Source: Octopus sinensis
Lineage: Eukaryota
Assembly (NCBI RefSeq): GCF_006345805.1
Contig: NC_042999.1
Span: 15,934,001-15,998,000 of the forward strand
Direction: 5' to 3'
Length of the DNA: 64,000 nucleotides
Shown here: piece after piece, positions 28,030-41,141 of the stretch
Layout: each line of letters starts with the position of its first letter
Numbering within the stretch: position 1 is the first letter of the stretch
The notes under the pieces: model-generated
Told to the model about the DNA's origin: nothing
The model's database searches: none
What the model saw: only the letters and a program-made list of their open reading frames with translations
Position numbers and translations under genes: made by a program

Positions 28030-28570
28030 TTTAATGATTACTACCTCTTTATGCAGTTGTCTTCATCTATATGCCCCACATGGCCATACCAGCACAGATT
28101 ACTCTCTTGCATGCTACATCTGGTGCCATTTCCACCCAATATTTTCTCAGTTCATTTCTACTTCATTGTATATGCATACTGACATTGCACAAACAGTGGA
28201 GCATGCTAGCTTCATATTTGCATGTCTTCTACATTCATGGTCCATGTTTCACTACCATGTAGCATTTCTGTCCACACTGAGGGAGAGGCCACTTGTTACC
28301 AACAGAAGTAATAGCTTTCTTTGGTAGGCTCATATCCTAGCAACTATACTTTCAGAACAACCTCTTCCATTGTTAATTATGTCACATAAGTAATGAAACT
28401 GTCTAGTAGAACTATAAGGATCCTTCAAGGCATTTGAGAAGATCTATTTACCATTCATTCTTAGTTATCTTGTTCTTGTCTACTTTCTGTGGTAATATTC
28501 CAGTGTGTCCATAGTTTGCACTGGATACACCTTTTAGAATTACTGCCTACACTCTTTCTACATGCTGAAA
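28030..28570 (-). mobile_element. RTE-clade LINE 3' ORF remnant
   Basis: Minus frames give CIQCKLWTH.., NGRGCSESIVARI, MLHGSETWTMNVEDMQ and LCWYGHVGHIDEDNCIKR. Confidence 0.75.
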
Positions 28571-28611
28571 AGGACCATTTTTCATAAAGGGATTAGCGTA
28601 TTATTCCTTTA

Positions 28612-28995
28612 TTCTTTTATTTGTTTCAGTCATTTGACCTCAGGACTTATTCTTTGTAAGTCCAGTACTTATTCTACCAGTCTCTTTGGCTGAACCACTA
28701 AGTTACGGGGACACAAACACACCAACAACACACACACAAATATATGTGTGCACACACACACACAAATATATATGCGTGCACATACACACACACACACACA
28801 CACATACACACACACACATACACACACACGACGGTCTTTTTTTCAGTTTCTGTCTACCAAATCCACTCACAAGGCTTTGGTCAGCCTGAGGCTATAGTGG
28901 AGACACTTGCCTAAGGTGCCATGCAATGGAACTGAACCCAGAACCATATGGTTGAGAAGCAAGCTTCTTACCACACAGCCACTCCTGTGCCTATA
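28612..28995 (-). mobile_element. Full-length composite CORE-type SINE
   Basis: Same architecture as 57785-58157: head GGCACAGGAGTGGCTGTGTGGTAAG, internal (CA)n, tail GACTGAAACAAATAAAAGA. Confidence 0.85.
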
Positions 28996-29453
28996 TTGTC
29001 TGTTTTCTTGCTAAAATTTTGTTCAAAACTTTAAAAAGTTAACCTTTTAGGTTAATCTCAGACACATGCCATCAGTAATTACTCAGGGGAGACAGTTGGT
29101 GACCTTTATCTAGTAAAACACACAAAAAATAAGCGAAATGCAGGCACACAACTGAGTTGAAGGCAGATTTACTTCTGCCTTTAAATCACATAAAAAAATG
29201 TTGTTGTAGGAATGTATGCAGCACATGTACTACAGCAATACTAAAGACTGAGATTGAAGAGCAGAAGCGAATTATGCCTACCTAATCTACAAAAACAAGG
29301 AAAAATATTTTGAATTTTATGCATAGTAATTAGAGCAACCTTCATAATTTTATTAAATTAGTTGCATATTTTGCTATAAAAGGAAAATGTTGCTTTCGAT
29401 CTATTTCATTCAAGGTAGGTACTGCCAACCTTGCCTACCAAGGCGGCATGTCC

Positions 29454-29488
<35 letters not shown>

Positions 29489-29534
29489 CGGACGTTAAAC
29501 GATGATGATGATGATGATGATATATATATATATA

Positions 29535-29945
29535 GATAAGAAAGTTTGTTTGGTAAAGCACGTGGGTGAATATATAAGAAAATAGTTATTTTCTTGGTAA
29601 TTGTCTATATTTTCGATATGGATTATATATAGGTTATATATGGATTATATACTTATATTTTTCATTTATACTTTAATTATTTAAAATTATTATTTTTATA
29701 TTTTAAAATTTTGATTTTTTAGATTGGAAGTCCACCTGAAGATTGTCGATCAAGACAAGAAACGATTGTAGTGGCGGTTTTTTTGACTATTTATTAAAAT
29801 TTTATGTATTGATTAAGTCTTTCCTTGTTTGTTTTGCAAAATAGTGGTTTTGTCTCTAATAATATTTTATAATATTTTACTATAAAATTGGATTTAATCC
29901 TAAATCTGATTTTTTTCCCTGTAAATTTGGATTTATTCCCTAATA
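29535..29945 (+). mobile_element. Penelope-like element pLTR fragment (carries a hammerhead)
   Basis: AT-rich segment between (AT)n tracts that contains a complete minimal type I hammerhead. PLE LTRs are known hammerhead carriers. No ORF evidence. Confidence 0.5.
29732..29774 (+). ncRNA. Minimal type I hammerhead ribozyme
   Basis: CCAC-CTGAAGA-TTGTC-gatcaa-GACAA-GAAA-C-gatt-G-TA|GTGG. Stem I CCAC/GTGG, 5-bp stem II, 2-bp stem III, GUA cleavage triplet. Confidence 0.8.
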
Positions 29946-29947
29946 TT

Positions 29948-30022
<75 letters not shown>

Positions 30023-32138
30023 TAGATGCACACACGTATACAAACATGCGCACACACACACACATATACATACAAATATGCATACATATACACATATAGA
30101 CATGCATATAAATACAGACACATACATATAGATCATCATTTTATCATTTGTCAACTTTTCCGTGCTGGCTTGGGCCTAGATAATATTTGATGAGGTAGAG
30201 TTTCCAAATACCGGACTTGTCACCAACCCACATCTGTTGACAAGCAAGGCACTACTTCCCCCATGCCTCAACATGTTTTCACAAAATACTGGGAATGAAG
30301 GATACTGCTTATACAACAGTAATATGCTCTTTCAAAAACTGCTGCATGGTATCAAAACATGCAGACTCAAATATACACATATTTTATTACCTATCTATTT
30401 TCTATCTTGGTTTACACTCATACATAGAGAACTATGCTTTAGTACCTATTTATATTCTATCGTGTCTTACTAACTCATGCAGAGTTAGTACATATTTATT
30501 TTTCTATCTTATTTTATACATTATTTAATCAGTCATTCATCAACAACAACTCTTACTAAAGGAACTAAGAGTTGACAGTCTTTTTCATTGATTTTTCATA
30601 TCTCCAATAGATACCAATAATTCTTACATGAACATTCAATCTTACGTGGAAATAATGTGTAAATTGTTACACTTCCTTATTAAATTATATCCTTCTTACT
30701 TATTTTATCACGACTTTAATGTACTACTGTATTTAACACTGCCCTACTCTGACTAATGCTGCTAAAAAAAAGATTAATATGTGCCTCACACAACATTTAT
30801 AAAGACAGAACACAAACATAAGAAAGCCAATTATGAAGCAAAAAAGCAATTGTAATTCAGGCTATTTTCTTTTACTAATATGGAATGTTATAATTATGTG
30901 TGTTATTGTCAGCTTGAAAGGATATATTTCTGTGAATACAGGCTAAAATTTGTTTTGATTGCAATTATATCAGGTGAAGTATACAATTATTATCAACAAA
31001 TTATATCACAGAACTTGTAAAGTGTTCTTCAGGAATTTACTCATCTTAATAAAAATTTTTCAAGTAAAATACATCTGGATGTTTTTAGTGCAAAGTACTA
31101 ATAGTATCTAAAATACTTCGCTTTTTTTTCCTTCCAAAAATCTTTGTTCTTAGTTCAATGTAATAAGAGACATACATGATGGGAGGGTCTTTTTTTTTTT
31201 TTTTTTCACTTTGTTCTGGAAATATGAAAACATTTTACATTTTTCCTTTTACCAGTATGTTAAGAAATGCCTAGCTCTGATCAAATAATGTATTTTAGAT
31301 ATGAAGAAAATATGATCAAACCTACTTTTTGTGTACTTTGTAAACCAAAGTGGTGTATGAAATTGAATCTTCTTGTAAATAAATACTGCTCCCAATGAGA
31401 TGTAATCTATAAATATGTTATTGTAGCAGGTTATGAAGTGTGTGTTGAGTTGGCTGAAGAAGGAGAGCCAGATTATATGCCTTTCTGAATATAATATTTA
31501 TAACTCTTCATTCAAGTTTCAAATCTTGACAAAACAGATTTTTATCCTTGAAAGGATAACCGAAGGGACAAAACAGTAAATATTGGTGTATGATGGCTCA
31601 GAGGGGAAATATGTTAGAGAAGAATCTGGACATATATTTATTAAAAAAAACCCCAACATTCTTTAGAAGAAACTTCAAATTTTAAGGGTAATTTGTAACA
31701 TAAAACTGGAAGCAACCAAAACTAACAGCATTTAAAAGGGCTTGTAGTAGGTATATAGGAACAAGGTGCATGTCTTTGAAGTGTACAAAATTAACATTTA
31801 TAGTTCAGGCTGAGCAAGAAGAGAGAGGACATTATTTAAGAATAGTGAAGGTGAGGCCCTTTTGTCTGCTAAGATTATGTTGCAGTTATCAATTACGAAA
31901 ACAAGTTATGAAAGCATATGAGAAAAAGGCAGTCCATTTAGAAGTTTGTTAAGTATTTAGAGAATTGATTCAGAGAAAAGGGAAATAGAAAAAGGGCCTG
32001 TAATTTTTTTTAATCTCAGATTTGTCCTGATTAGGTAGACCAATGCTTAAATGTATTACAGGTATGACACTTTTATCTCTTTTTTTTCATCATAACAAAA
32101 TAAGAATTGACTGCAAAGAAATTTGACTAATTTCTCAC

Positions 32139-32174
32139 TGGTTGAGCAACTCCTGCACAGATTCAAGATGCTTC
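32139..32174 (-). CDS. Candidate 36-nt exon (KHLESVQELLN)
   Basis: Acceptor GTTAGTGTTTAG|, donor CCA|GTGAGA. Symmetric phase. Confidence 0.35.
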
Positions 32175-33025
32175 CTAAACACTAACATGTACCAGTTGTT
32201 GTTGTTGTTTAGTCAAGGCTAATACTAACTGAGCAAACCTATGCTCAAAAGCATTCCAACCTTAACTGTCCTATCTTTTTCTTATGTGCAGGGATCTCAA
32301 AACTCTATTATTCAATGTGTCCTTTTCTAAGACAGGTACAGTTTGAAAGCAATTTGGCAGCTATTTCTAGTAGATCAAGTGGTCTCATAGAGGTTATTTT
32401 GTTGGCTCCATATGTGGAAGTCTTAATGGAACAAATTAAAGACAAGAAGTGGATACTATAAGAAATCAGCAATTTAGACTAAATCTTTTTGAAAAGAGAC
32501 TGGATTGAATTGTTACAATTGTGCAGACTCTGCACATGGAAAATTTTTGTTCACTAAAATCATGACCTAACACGGGAGGATGTGTTTTTTTTCGTTTTTT
32601 TTTTTTCTTTTTCAGATGTCACAGACATGGATTGCTTTTACTAGTATATAAACACTACAATTTCAAGTGACTATTTAATGAGATGTTAATGTACAGAATT
32701 TTACATAGTGTTGAATATGGAAGATATTTTATGTCCTTAGAGTGGTGGTCTTTAGAAGTAAGTCTTATTTTCTATCAAGATTAGATAGAAATTTGGGGTG
32801 ATTTCAACAGCTGCCTTAATAAAATATAGAAAAACAGTGTTGTTGAAAATGTTGAAATGTAAGATGAAAAGCTGTGATGGATTATAAGAAACTAGCAAGT
32901 GATGATAACTTAATCCCTCAATCTTAATTAAATTTAAAGAGGTGTGAAAGACCAAGCATGTAAGGGGAAAATACGAATGAAAGAATCAATTGCTACATTT
33001 GTGAGTGAGGAAAGCACAAATTTAC

Positions 33026-33078
33026 TGCCTGTCTGCTGGTGCTTGCCTAACATCTGTGGGGAGCTCATCCACTTGGGC
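33026..33078 (-). CDS. Candidate 53-nt exon (AQVDELPTDVRQAPADR or PKWMSSPQMLGKHQQTG)
   Basis: GC-rich island in AT-rich DNA. Acceptor TAAACTGTAG|, donor GCA|GTAAAT. Phase-compatible with 32139-32174. Confidence 0.4.
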
Positions 33079-34317
33079 CTACAGTTTAATTAATTCATAA
33101 CATCTCCTTAGCTTATTTATGTACTTACTCACTATTACTATAACTACAGTAGAATAGATTTTCACTGAAAATATACCCATTGACTTATGCATATATCAAT
33201 CAATATGTCAAATAATCAGTTTTCTCACTTTTAATAATTCATAATTATTTTCTCTTTTCTACATTGCTTATGGTTCAAAGCTATCTGGCATTGTATTTAT
33301 AGCACTGGCATTTTTGGATCATTATAGCAGTAAATGAAGGGATGGAAAGACCAATAAAAACATATCATGTGTTAATTCATAGATGTTTTGTAATTTTGGT
33401 ACTTAGATAACTATTATAAAAACTATGTTTTGTGGCACCATCAAACTGAAGACAACACAAAGAAACACAAGTACCAATGATGACATAAAAAGAAAAGGGA
33501 AGTCCAGATAGATGCAAGTATAAGTAAAACTAAAAAATATATATATGGTATGCCTAAACAAATAAAGAGCGGAAATAATATAGAGTCAATGTCTTGTAAA
33601 TTATTGGAAAAGAATGAGTGAAATAGTCTGATAAAATTAGAATATTAGGCTACTTGTATAGTTTATTTTAATATTTTCTCTGATTTTATTTTCTTTGATC
33701 AATATTTAGCTAGTCAGAAATGACAAAAATAAAATCAAATGCAAAGATGTTTTGCTTTCTAATCACTCAATATCATAACAATGAATGCACATAATCAATA
33801 GTGCCATGCTTAGATGTTGGCAAGTCATTCAATCCTGTTTTTCTATAGAACACTAACAGGAAAATACATAATATAAAAATAACATCCTGTGTAGAGTCAA
33901 GAAAGTGATTTAATTTTTCCTTTTTCAAAAAGAATCTAAATATTTTCTTTTCCTAGTTAGTCATGGGTCATGGGGAAAAAATAAATTCATGTCTATGGTA
34001 ACTGGTCAAAGAAACATAAAAAAAACGTACTCATAAAAACAAAGTATTAGAATGCTATCAATCAAATAAATACAACTCAAGAATATGCCAAAATGACATA
34101 TACATTGTAAAAGGCAATAAAAGAGTTTGAGTTTGAATATCTTGAATTTATAAATATACACACACAAATACTAGACAAAGCAATATCCTTTTTATATTAT
34201 TTGAACATATTTTCTGAACGTATGTAAGCCTAATTGCTCAAAGTAGAATGTATATTACCAAATTACTTTCAATAAAACAACAAAGAAAAACCTACCTTAA
34301 CAATGATACATTACACA

Positions 34318-34368
<51 letters not shown>

Positions 34369-34414
34369 CACACACAGCAAGTAAGGTTCAATTAATGAAA
34401 ATACCAACTGTTAC

Positions 34415-34457
34415 CTTCAATAAAATATGAGTGTGCATTAAGATAAGCCATTTTATT
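34415..34457 (-). CDS. Candidate 43-nt exon (IKWLILMHTHILLK or NKMAYLNAHSYFIE-G)
   Basis: Strong acceptor ATTTTATTTGTTCACAG| and donor AAG|GTAACA. Confidence 0.35.
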
Positions 34458-34772
34458 CTGTGAACAAATAAAATGGCTCTTTACAACTAATCTAACTGAA
34501 TCATATATAGAAGTTTCCTTTGAAATTAGCAAATTCCTCAATAAAAGCAATGTATGTGTATATATACATATACAGAGAGAGAGAAAGAGGTGGGGAAGGA
34601 GAGAAAGAGACAGAGAGAACACTTAGTATATTTTAGGTGTAGAATAATACTGAAATATTTATATTTCAAAATTAATCTTAAATCAAAATTATTTCAGCAT
34701 TAATAAGTGCATTCTTTCAACAGAATAAATTGTATTTGATTGGGACATTTAAAAACTGAAAATATGAAGCAA

Positions 34773-34807
<35 letters not shown>

Positions 34808-35431
34808 CTCTTTCTTTCTTTCTTTCTCTCTCTCTCTCTCCCTCTCAGTAAACACATACATTTTATTTTGATGCAAATGACTGACCAAAATGCAATGAAT
34901 AAAATGGCAACTTGGGACAAATACAAATTTGTGATAAATTTAAAATAAAGAAGTATGCTAATCATGTAGTTACATGTTGGTCACATGACAGTGGCACAAT
35001 AATAATGATATGATGATTGAGCACCTGGTTGCAATTTCATTCTGAATAGATTCACATTAACACACATGCAAATGTAAAATGCAAATGTCACCAAGGATAT
35101 TTAAAAGCCATTGTTCAAATCTTCTTTAACAGCAATGAGCCGATAAGACAAATTTTTCACTAAAAAGATGCCTATCTATCATACAATGGCCTACAGAATC
35201 AAGTGGAATGCCCAAATACACAATAAAACATCAACAATTGAACTCCTACATTTGATCTCACTGACCACTATACCAATATACAGGCACATAAACTTGGACA
35301 TATCATACACATATGTATATTTATATCTTATTTGTAGAAAATATTGAAGACAGCCAAACAGGATGTAAAAGGTGTTAAGTGGAGGTTGGGTATATCATAT
35401 AAATATAGGAATAAATATAATGAACAGTGTA

Positions 35432-35677
35432 AAAAGTAAAGTTCTTTCCTGAGTCATGCTGACTCGTAAGGCAGGTTTCCATGGCATATAAATTCCCCAC
35501 CTGGATGGGACGCTGGTTTGTTGCAGGATTACTCCTTTTTGCCAGCTGAGTGGACTGGAGCAACATGGAATGAAGTGGTTTGCTCAAGAACTCATCGTGT
35601 TGCCTGGCCCACGAATCGAAACCACAATCTTATGATCACAAATCCAACACCCTAACCACTAAGCCACACAGCTCCAC
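35432..35677 (-). mobile_element. tRNA-derived SINE with Meta-like core, 13-bp TSD
   Basis: A box TGGCTTAGTGG, B box GTTTCGATTC. TSD AATGAACAG(T/C)GTA at 35419-35431 and 35678-35690. Confidence 0.8.
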
Positions 35678-37064
35678 AATGAACAGCGTACAGGATAAAC
35701 ATTTTTAGAACAACCGGATAAATATCAGAAGCATATCTTAAGCATTTTCAAGTCCAATAGCATCTTAAGCATTTTCAAATCCTGCCAAGGTCAAATTTGC
35801 TTTTCATCCTTATGGATTCAATGAAATAAAGTTCTGAATAAGTAGAGGACAACAATACTCAATCCCATAAATAAGTGGCCTTGGGATAATAATGAGAAAA
35901 AATTCTCTATTTTAAAGAATTTTGCAACAAACTACTATTTCTATCATGTAGTATCTGTCCGGAAGTTTCAGTAACCATAAACAGAAAGTGATATTTTGAG
36001 GTTTTGAATAGAAGAAAAATGCAAAATTTGTGTGAAAGAGATAATCACCCACTTCATATGAATATTTTTCAAAATAGAATTTTGCTTATTAAATTAATAT
36101 TTTCCTTATAAACTTGACTGGTATAATATTATTTTAACAGAACAAAACAAAAAATTTTTATGCTGTTTTTCTGTCAATATTTCAAGTTATTTTCATATGC
36201 ATTCAATAATTTTAATAGTTAGCTGAACACAAAGGATTCTGCATAATCCAATGACAAGTGAATTGGAAAATTTTGAAAAAATATTATGCTTTAAATGCTG
36301 AAGCAAATTTTTTATCATAGCCTATATTTTAATTTATTACAAGACTTCAGGGATGAATATAATTTAAATACAAAATTAAGATATGGAAACAGTTCCAATT
36401 GCAATGATTTCTCTAAAATTTCCATATCAATCAGCTCAAATTCTATCTAGAATCTCAACGTTCCTGTTCTGAAAACCACCAGCCTAAAATCATATCATGC
36501 AGTAGTAGAGTATGCGATTCAGTTATGGTAAATCTAACACATTCAAGTAAATATATGGAAATAGTTAAGATTATTGAGTAAAAATAAAGAAATATCAAAA
36601 TAAACAATAAAATACAAAATATATATAAAGACATATATTATACTGTTTTAAAGTAACAGTGAAAGACTCCTGAAAAACTACATATGATTAACATTTATTT
36701 TAAAATCTTGGTGAATTTGCTTTGTCTGAAATCAGTTTGAACTGCTTCATTTATTTTCTTAAAATCTGAGAAATGAATGCACATAAAATCTTCAAAATTT
36801 TTCTTTGTGATAAATTTAAGACATTATTTTAAATTGAAAGCAATTCTTGAGGTGAGAATAACATGTTTCACAAGTTATATTTATGAAAATAAATGAATAA
36901 TCTTATTCATCTGAATCCAACATATTCCATTGTGTAGAATGAAAGACCTGTCAAGATCAGTTTTGCTTTCCAACAATCTAGAATTGATCAATAATAGATA
37001 GATAGATAGATACTTACTTAGATATCATTATTATTATTGTTATTATCATTATTATTATTCAAGG

Positions 37065-37220
37065 ACCTAGCAACATTTTGTCCATCTTCACGTTTTGAGT
37101 TCAAATGCCACTGGGGTCGACTTTGCTTTTCATCTTTTCGAGGTCAATAAAATAAGTATCAGTTAAGCACTGGGATCAATCTAATCAACTTAGCCTCGCA
37201 TCTAAAATTGCTGGCCTTGA
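37065..37220 (+). mobile_element. Family C SINE fragment
   Basis: TTTGAGTTCAAATGCCACTGGGGTCGACTTTGC...TAAGTATCAG. Confidence 0.65.
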
Positions 37221-37275
37221 AATTATTATTATTATTATTATGATTACTATTATTATTATCATTATTATTATAATT

Positions 37276-39510
37276 ATTTTCATTATACACACAACAGATT
37301 AGACTGTTGGAAAAGAAAAAATCCTAACATCGGGTTACAACAATTAACCTTAGATACCAAGAACTCTTCTAAGTATCCTAGCTGTCCCTAATAACAGTTT
37401 TCTGCAGTTGTACTAAACTGGGTTTTATGCCTATCTCCTCCATCTATCTGTTCAAATCTTTAGGGATAGTTCCTAATGTACCAATAACTACTGGGATACA
37501 TTTTATCCACACTTTCCACAGTCTCTGTAATTCAGTGTCTAGATTCTGATACTTTGCTATTGTTTCTATACCTCTCACATTGATTTTTCATAATTTGGGA
37601 CTGTAAAGTCAATTATCTGGCACTTTCTATTCTCTTTATCTACTACTACTAAATCAGGCCTTCTAGCTTCTATTACTCTGTCAGTCTGAATGTCAAAGTC
37701 CCACAACATCTTATATTTCTTACTTTCTAGTACTTTACTCGGTTCATGTTCATGTTCGTATCAGTATGTTCAAATCCTAGCTTTCTACATAACTCCCAGT
37801 GGATTACCCTCCCTAGGTTGTCATATCTTTTCTTGTATTCTTTCTATGCCAGCATGTTACATTCACTTACTATATGAGTAACACTTTCCTCTTTTGATTT
37901 GCATAACCTACATTGGGAATCTACTTGGTTTTTGTCTATCTTGGCTTTTATCTAATTAGTCTTTAATGCTTCATCTTGTGCTACTATTAACAAACTTTCT
38001 GTCTCCTTTTTCAGTCTTCCTTTCTGCAACCATAACTGTGTCTCACTACTATTATTTGCTGCAGCTATCTTTGGGAATCTGCCATGCAAAGCCTTCTCCT
38101 GCCCATTAGATAACTTTTGTTCTTTTTTCTGGTTTTTAACTTCATTTGGTTTTTTGGTTTCCCTATGTCTTGTTGTGACTCTAGCAACTCTTAATAAACT
38201 TTCTTTCTTATTACCTACATAGGAGCCTATATCTACTCTAGCTAACTCCACAGTCTTCTATAGACATTAGTTCTCTTCAACCTTCCTTTCTAGGTAAGTA
38301 TACTTCTAGGTAAGTATAATCTTGCTACTCCTGCTCTTGGATGGAGTCCTCCATTCATATTGAATTCCTTCCTAGTTCTTCTGTCCAGCTTTGTTAATTC
38401 AGTTTTTGTCCAATCAACAAAAGTTGCTGAGTATCTAAGCTACGATACTGCCCAAGTATTTCCGGCCTTTACTAGATTCAGACCATTTAGCTTTGCCTTC
38501 ATTAGCTTCCTCACCCTTCTGATATACACCTTCTCAATTTTCACTATCATTTCTATAGGTAGTACTCTGTCAGATTCTAATACTCCTATATACTTATAAC
38601 TCTCTCCTTCTTTCAATGATTTTAATGTCTGGCCATTCGGTAATTGGATGCCTTCACTGTTGACTGCCTGTCCCCTTCTCATGACTAATATTGCAAACTT
38701 ATCTATGCCAAATTCTATGCCTATGCAGTCTATTCTTACACTCTGTATTAAGGTATCTATCTCTTTTTCATTCTTGCTAAAAAATTTCAGATCATCCATG
38801 TAGAGCAAATGGTTAATTTTTTCCTTACTATTTCTGAACTGATACCCTGCCTTTGCCTTCCTTAATACTAAACTGAGGAGGATCAAACAAGGGATAACAA
38901 GTCCCCTTGGAAAATTCCTCTCTTGATATTGACTTTCCCTAAGACTGTGTCACCTGAGTAGAGATCTACTTTCCATTTTTTCATGCTAAAGCTAATTAAT
39001 TCTCTTATGTTTTCTATTTCTTTACTACCCACAAGGGGCTAAACACAGAGGGGACAAACAAGGACAGACAAATTCTCTTATGTTTTCTGCAATACTCAAT
39101 ATACTCAAACATTCACTTATCCATGAGTGTGGGATCATGTCATAGGTTTTCTTATAATCTATCCATGTTATTGTTAGAGTTTTGCTTTCTAGCTTTTACT
39201 TCATTTAGAACTGCATTGTCTGTGTATAATAGATCATGCGTTCCTCTAACCTTCTTCCTGCACCCTTCTGTTCTTCTGACAGTAAATTCTGGTTGTCAAG
39301 GTGCTCGTAAATACTTTCTGAAAGCATACCTATTAACAGCTTCCTCACTAATGGTAAGCAAGCGATTGGTCTATAATTGCTAGCTGTATTACCCTTGCTC
39401 TTATCTTTCATAAGGAGTATTGTTCTCCCTCTAGTCATCCAGTCTGGTATTATTCCTCTGTTAAAGCAATCCTGCAGTTTTTCCCTTAGCCTCCCATGTA
39501 AACTACTAAA
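37276..39510 (-). mobile_element. 5'-truncated, disrupted R4/Dong-clade (RLE-type) non-LTR retrotransposon
   Basis: RT motifs PDWMTRGRT..NYRPIACL and HLLYMDDLK. C-terminal AQDEALKTN, CCHC knuckle CRLCKSKEESVTHIVSEC, RLE RRPDLVVVD..IID, terminal TARILRRVLGI. Stops and frameshifts present. Flanked by (ATT)n tracts on both sides. Confidence 0.9.
39016..39071 (-). mobile_element. 56-bp 5'-truncated family C SINE inserted in the R4/Dong element
   Basis: Matches the 3' ends at 43965 and 53806. 17-bp TSD ATTCTCTTATGTTTTCT at 38999-39015 and 39072-39088. Confidence 0.85.
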
Positions 39511-39644
39511 TTTATTATTATCATTATCATCAGCATCATCACTATTATTATTACTATTATTATTATTTACAACAGTTTCATTTGGCTCCATGTGACTTAA
39601 AGTTTCGCAACCTTCTTACAGAAACCTAACTTGTTCAGGCTCAG

Positions 39645-39712
<68 letters not shown>

Positions 39713-39850
39713 ACACACACACACAATAGAATATAAGTACTGGAAAGTGCATTATGTAACCAAAAGTTAGGGTTTAGTAGGAAATTCTACACTCCGTTCT
39801 TATAACCAGTGTAGTTAGAGGAAGGGCACCAGGCTATGAGTAGGTAATAA

Positions 39851-40187
39851 TCATCATCATCATCTTCATTTAACATCCATTTTCCATGCTAGCATGAGTT
39901 AGACAGTTTGACTGAATCTAGCCAACCAGAGAGCTGTCCAGGCTCCAACTGTCTGACGTAGCATGGTTTCTACGGCTGGATGCCCTTCCTAATGCCAACC
40001 ACTCCATGAGTGTAGTGGGTACTTTTTACGTGCCACTGGCACAGGTGCCAGACGAGGCTGGCAAACAGCCATGATCGGATGGTGCTTTTTACGTGCCACT
40101 GGCACGGGGGCCAGGCGAGGCTGGCAAACAGCCATGATCGGATGGTGCTTTTACATGCCACCGGCACGGGGGCCAGGCGAGGCTGTA
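39851..40187 (-). mobile_element. Family A element with three internal ~61-bp tandem units
   Basis: (CAT)n tail. The unit GTGCTTTTTACGTGCCACTGGCAC...GCGAGGCTGGCAAACAGCCATGATCGGATG is repeated. Confidence 0.85.
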
Positions 40188-41141
40188 TTTACATGTAAAT
40201 TCTTGGATGAAAGATCACTGAGACTAGAAATCCAAAAAAGACTCAATGAAAGTTAAAGATAACTGTAGAACCAATAGTTATATAAATACAGATTTAATGT
40301 TTTAGCAAAAGAACTCCACTTTTGGTCAGTCAATAGCTTTCCCAAAACTGAATGTTTGGAACCTGGAAATGCAGTTATTTTGGAATATTTCTATATGATT
40401 CAAACATTTGAAACAAATTTGATTCATAAAAGTTAAAATATTTTTTCCAAGAAATATGGCATCAAAAAATTAGAAGTAAAATAATGAAACTACATTATTT
40501 TATGTTAAGTAAATATAGCCATACCGAGAGCTTACTTCATGGTCCTATATCAGAATACAAATTTACACGAAATCTTACTCATATAACAAATATATAAGTA
40601 AATAAATAAATGGATAACGTAATGGAAAAGTGAATATGGAGAAAATAGGTACCTAATTAAATCAATAGTAATAGATTATAAGAAATTAGAAAAATGCATA
40701 AAAAATGCATACACGTATGAATAATACATTTGTTGACCTGCTCTTAAGTATGTGCAAACATACCAGTAGCATACGGATATGTAAATTTCTACATAAAAAT
40801 CCTATATATTCTAATATACACAGAGATCCACACATTTATACAGGCACAGATATGTATAACATACAAACACTTATGCATACACAGAATACACAGACACATA
40901 CATTATAAATATGCATACCATTGCATGCACACATACATCAACAAATATATGTGATTAGATCTCTAATATGTTAAAAAATAATGCTCATGTTGGAACATAT
41001 ATCTCCACATACAAACTTACATATTCTAATGCAGAAATCTATGCACATATTTACTGACACATACACTTATATTCAAATATCTATACATTCTTATCTCTAT
41101 TTTAGCATGAATAGATAGCAATAGATATATATATATATATA

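Noticed and set aside
40018-40187. CRISPR-like regularly spaced repeats
   Set aside because: Contiguous tandem units without unique spacers, inside a eukaryotic retroelement, and no cas genes.
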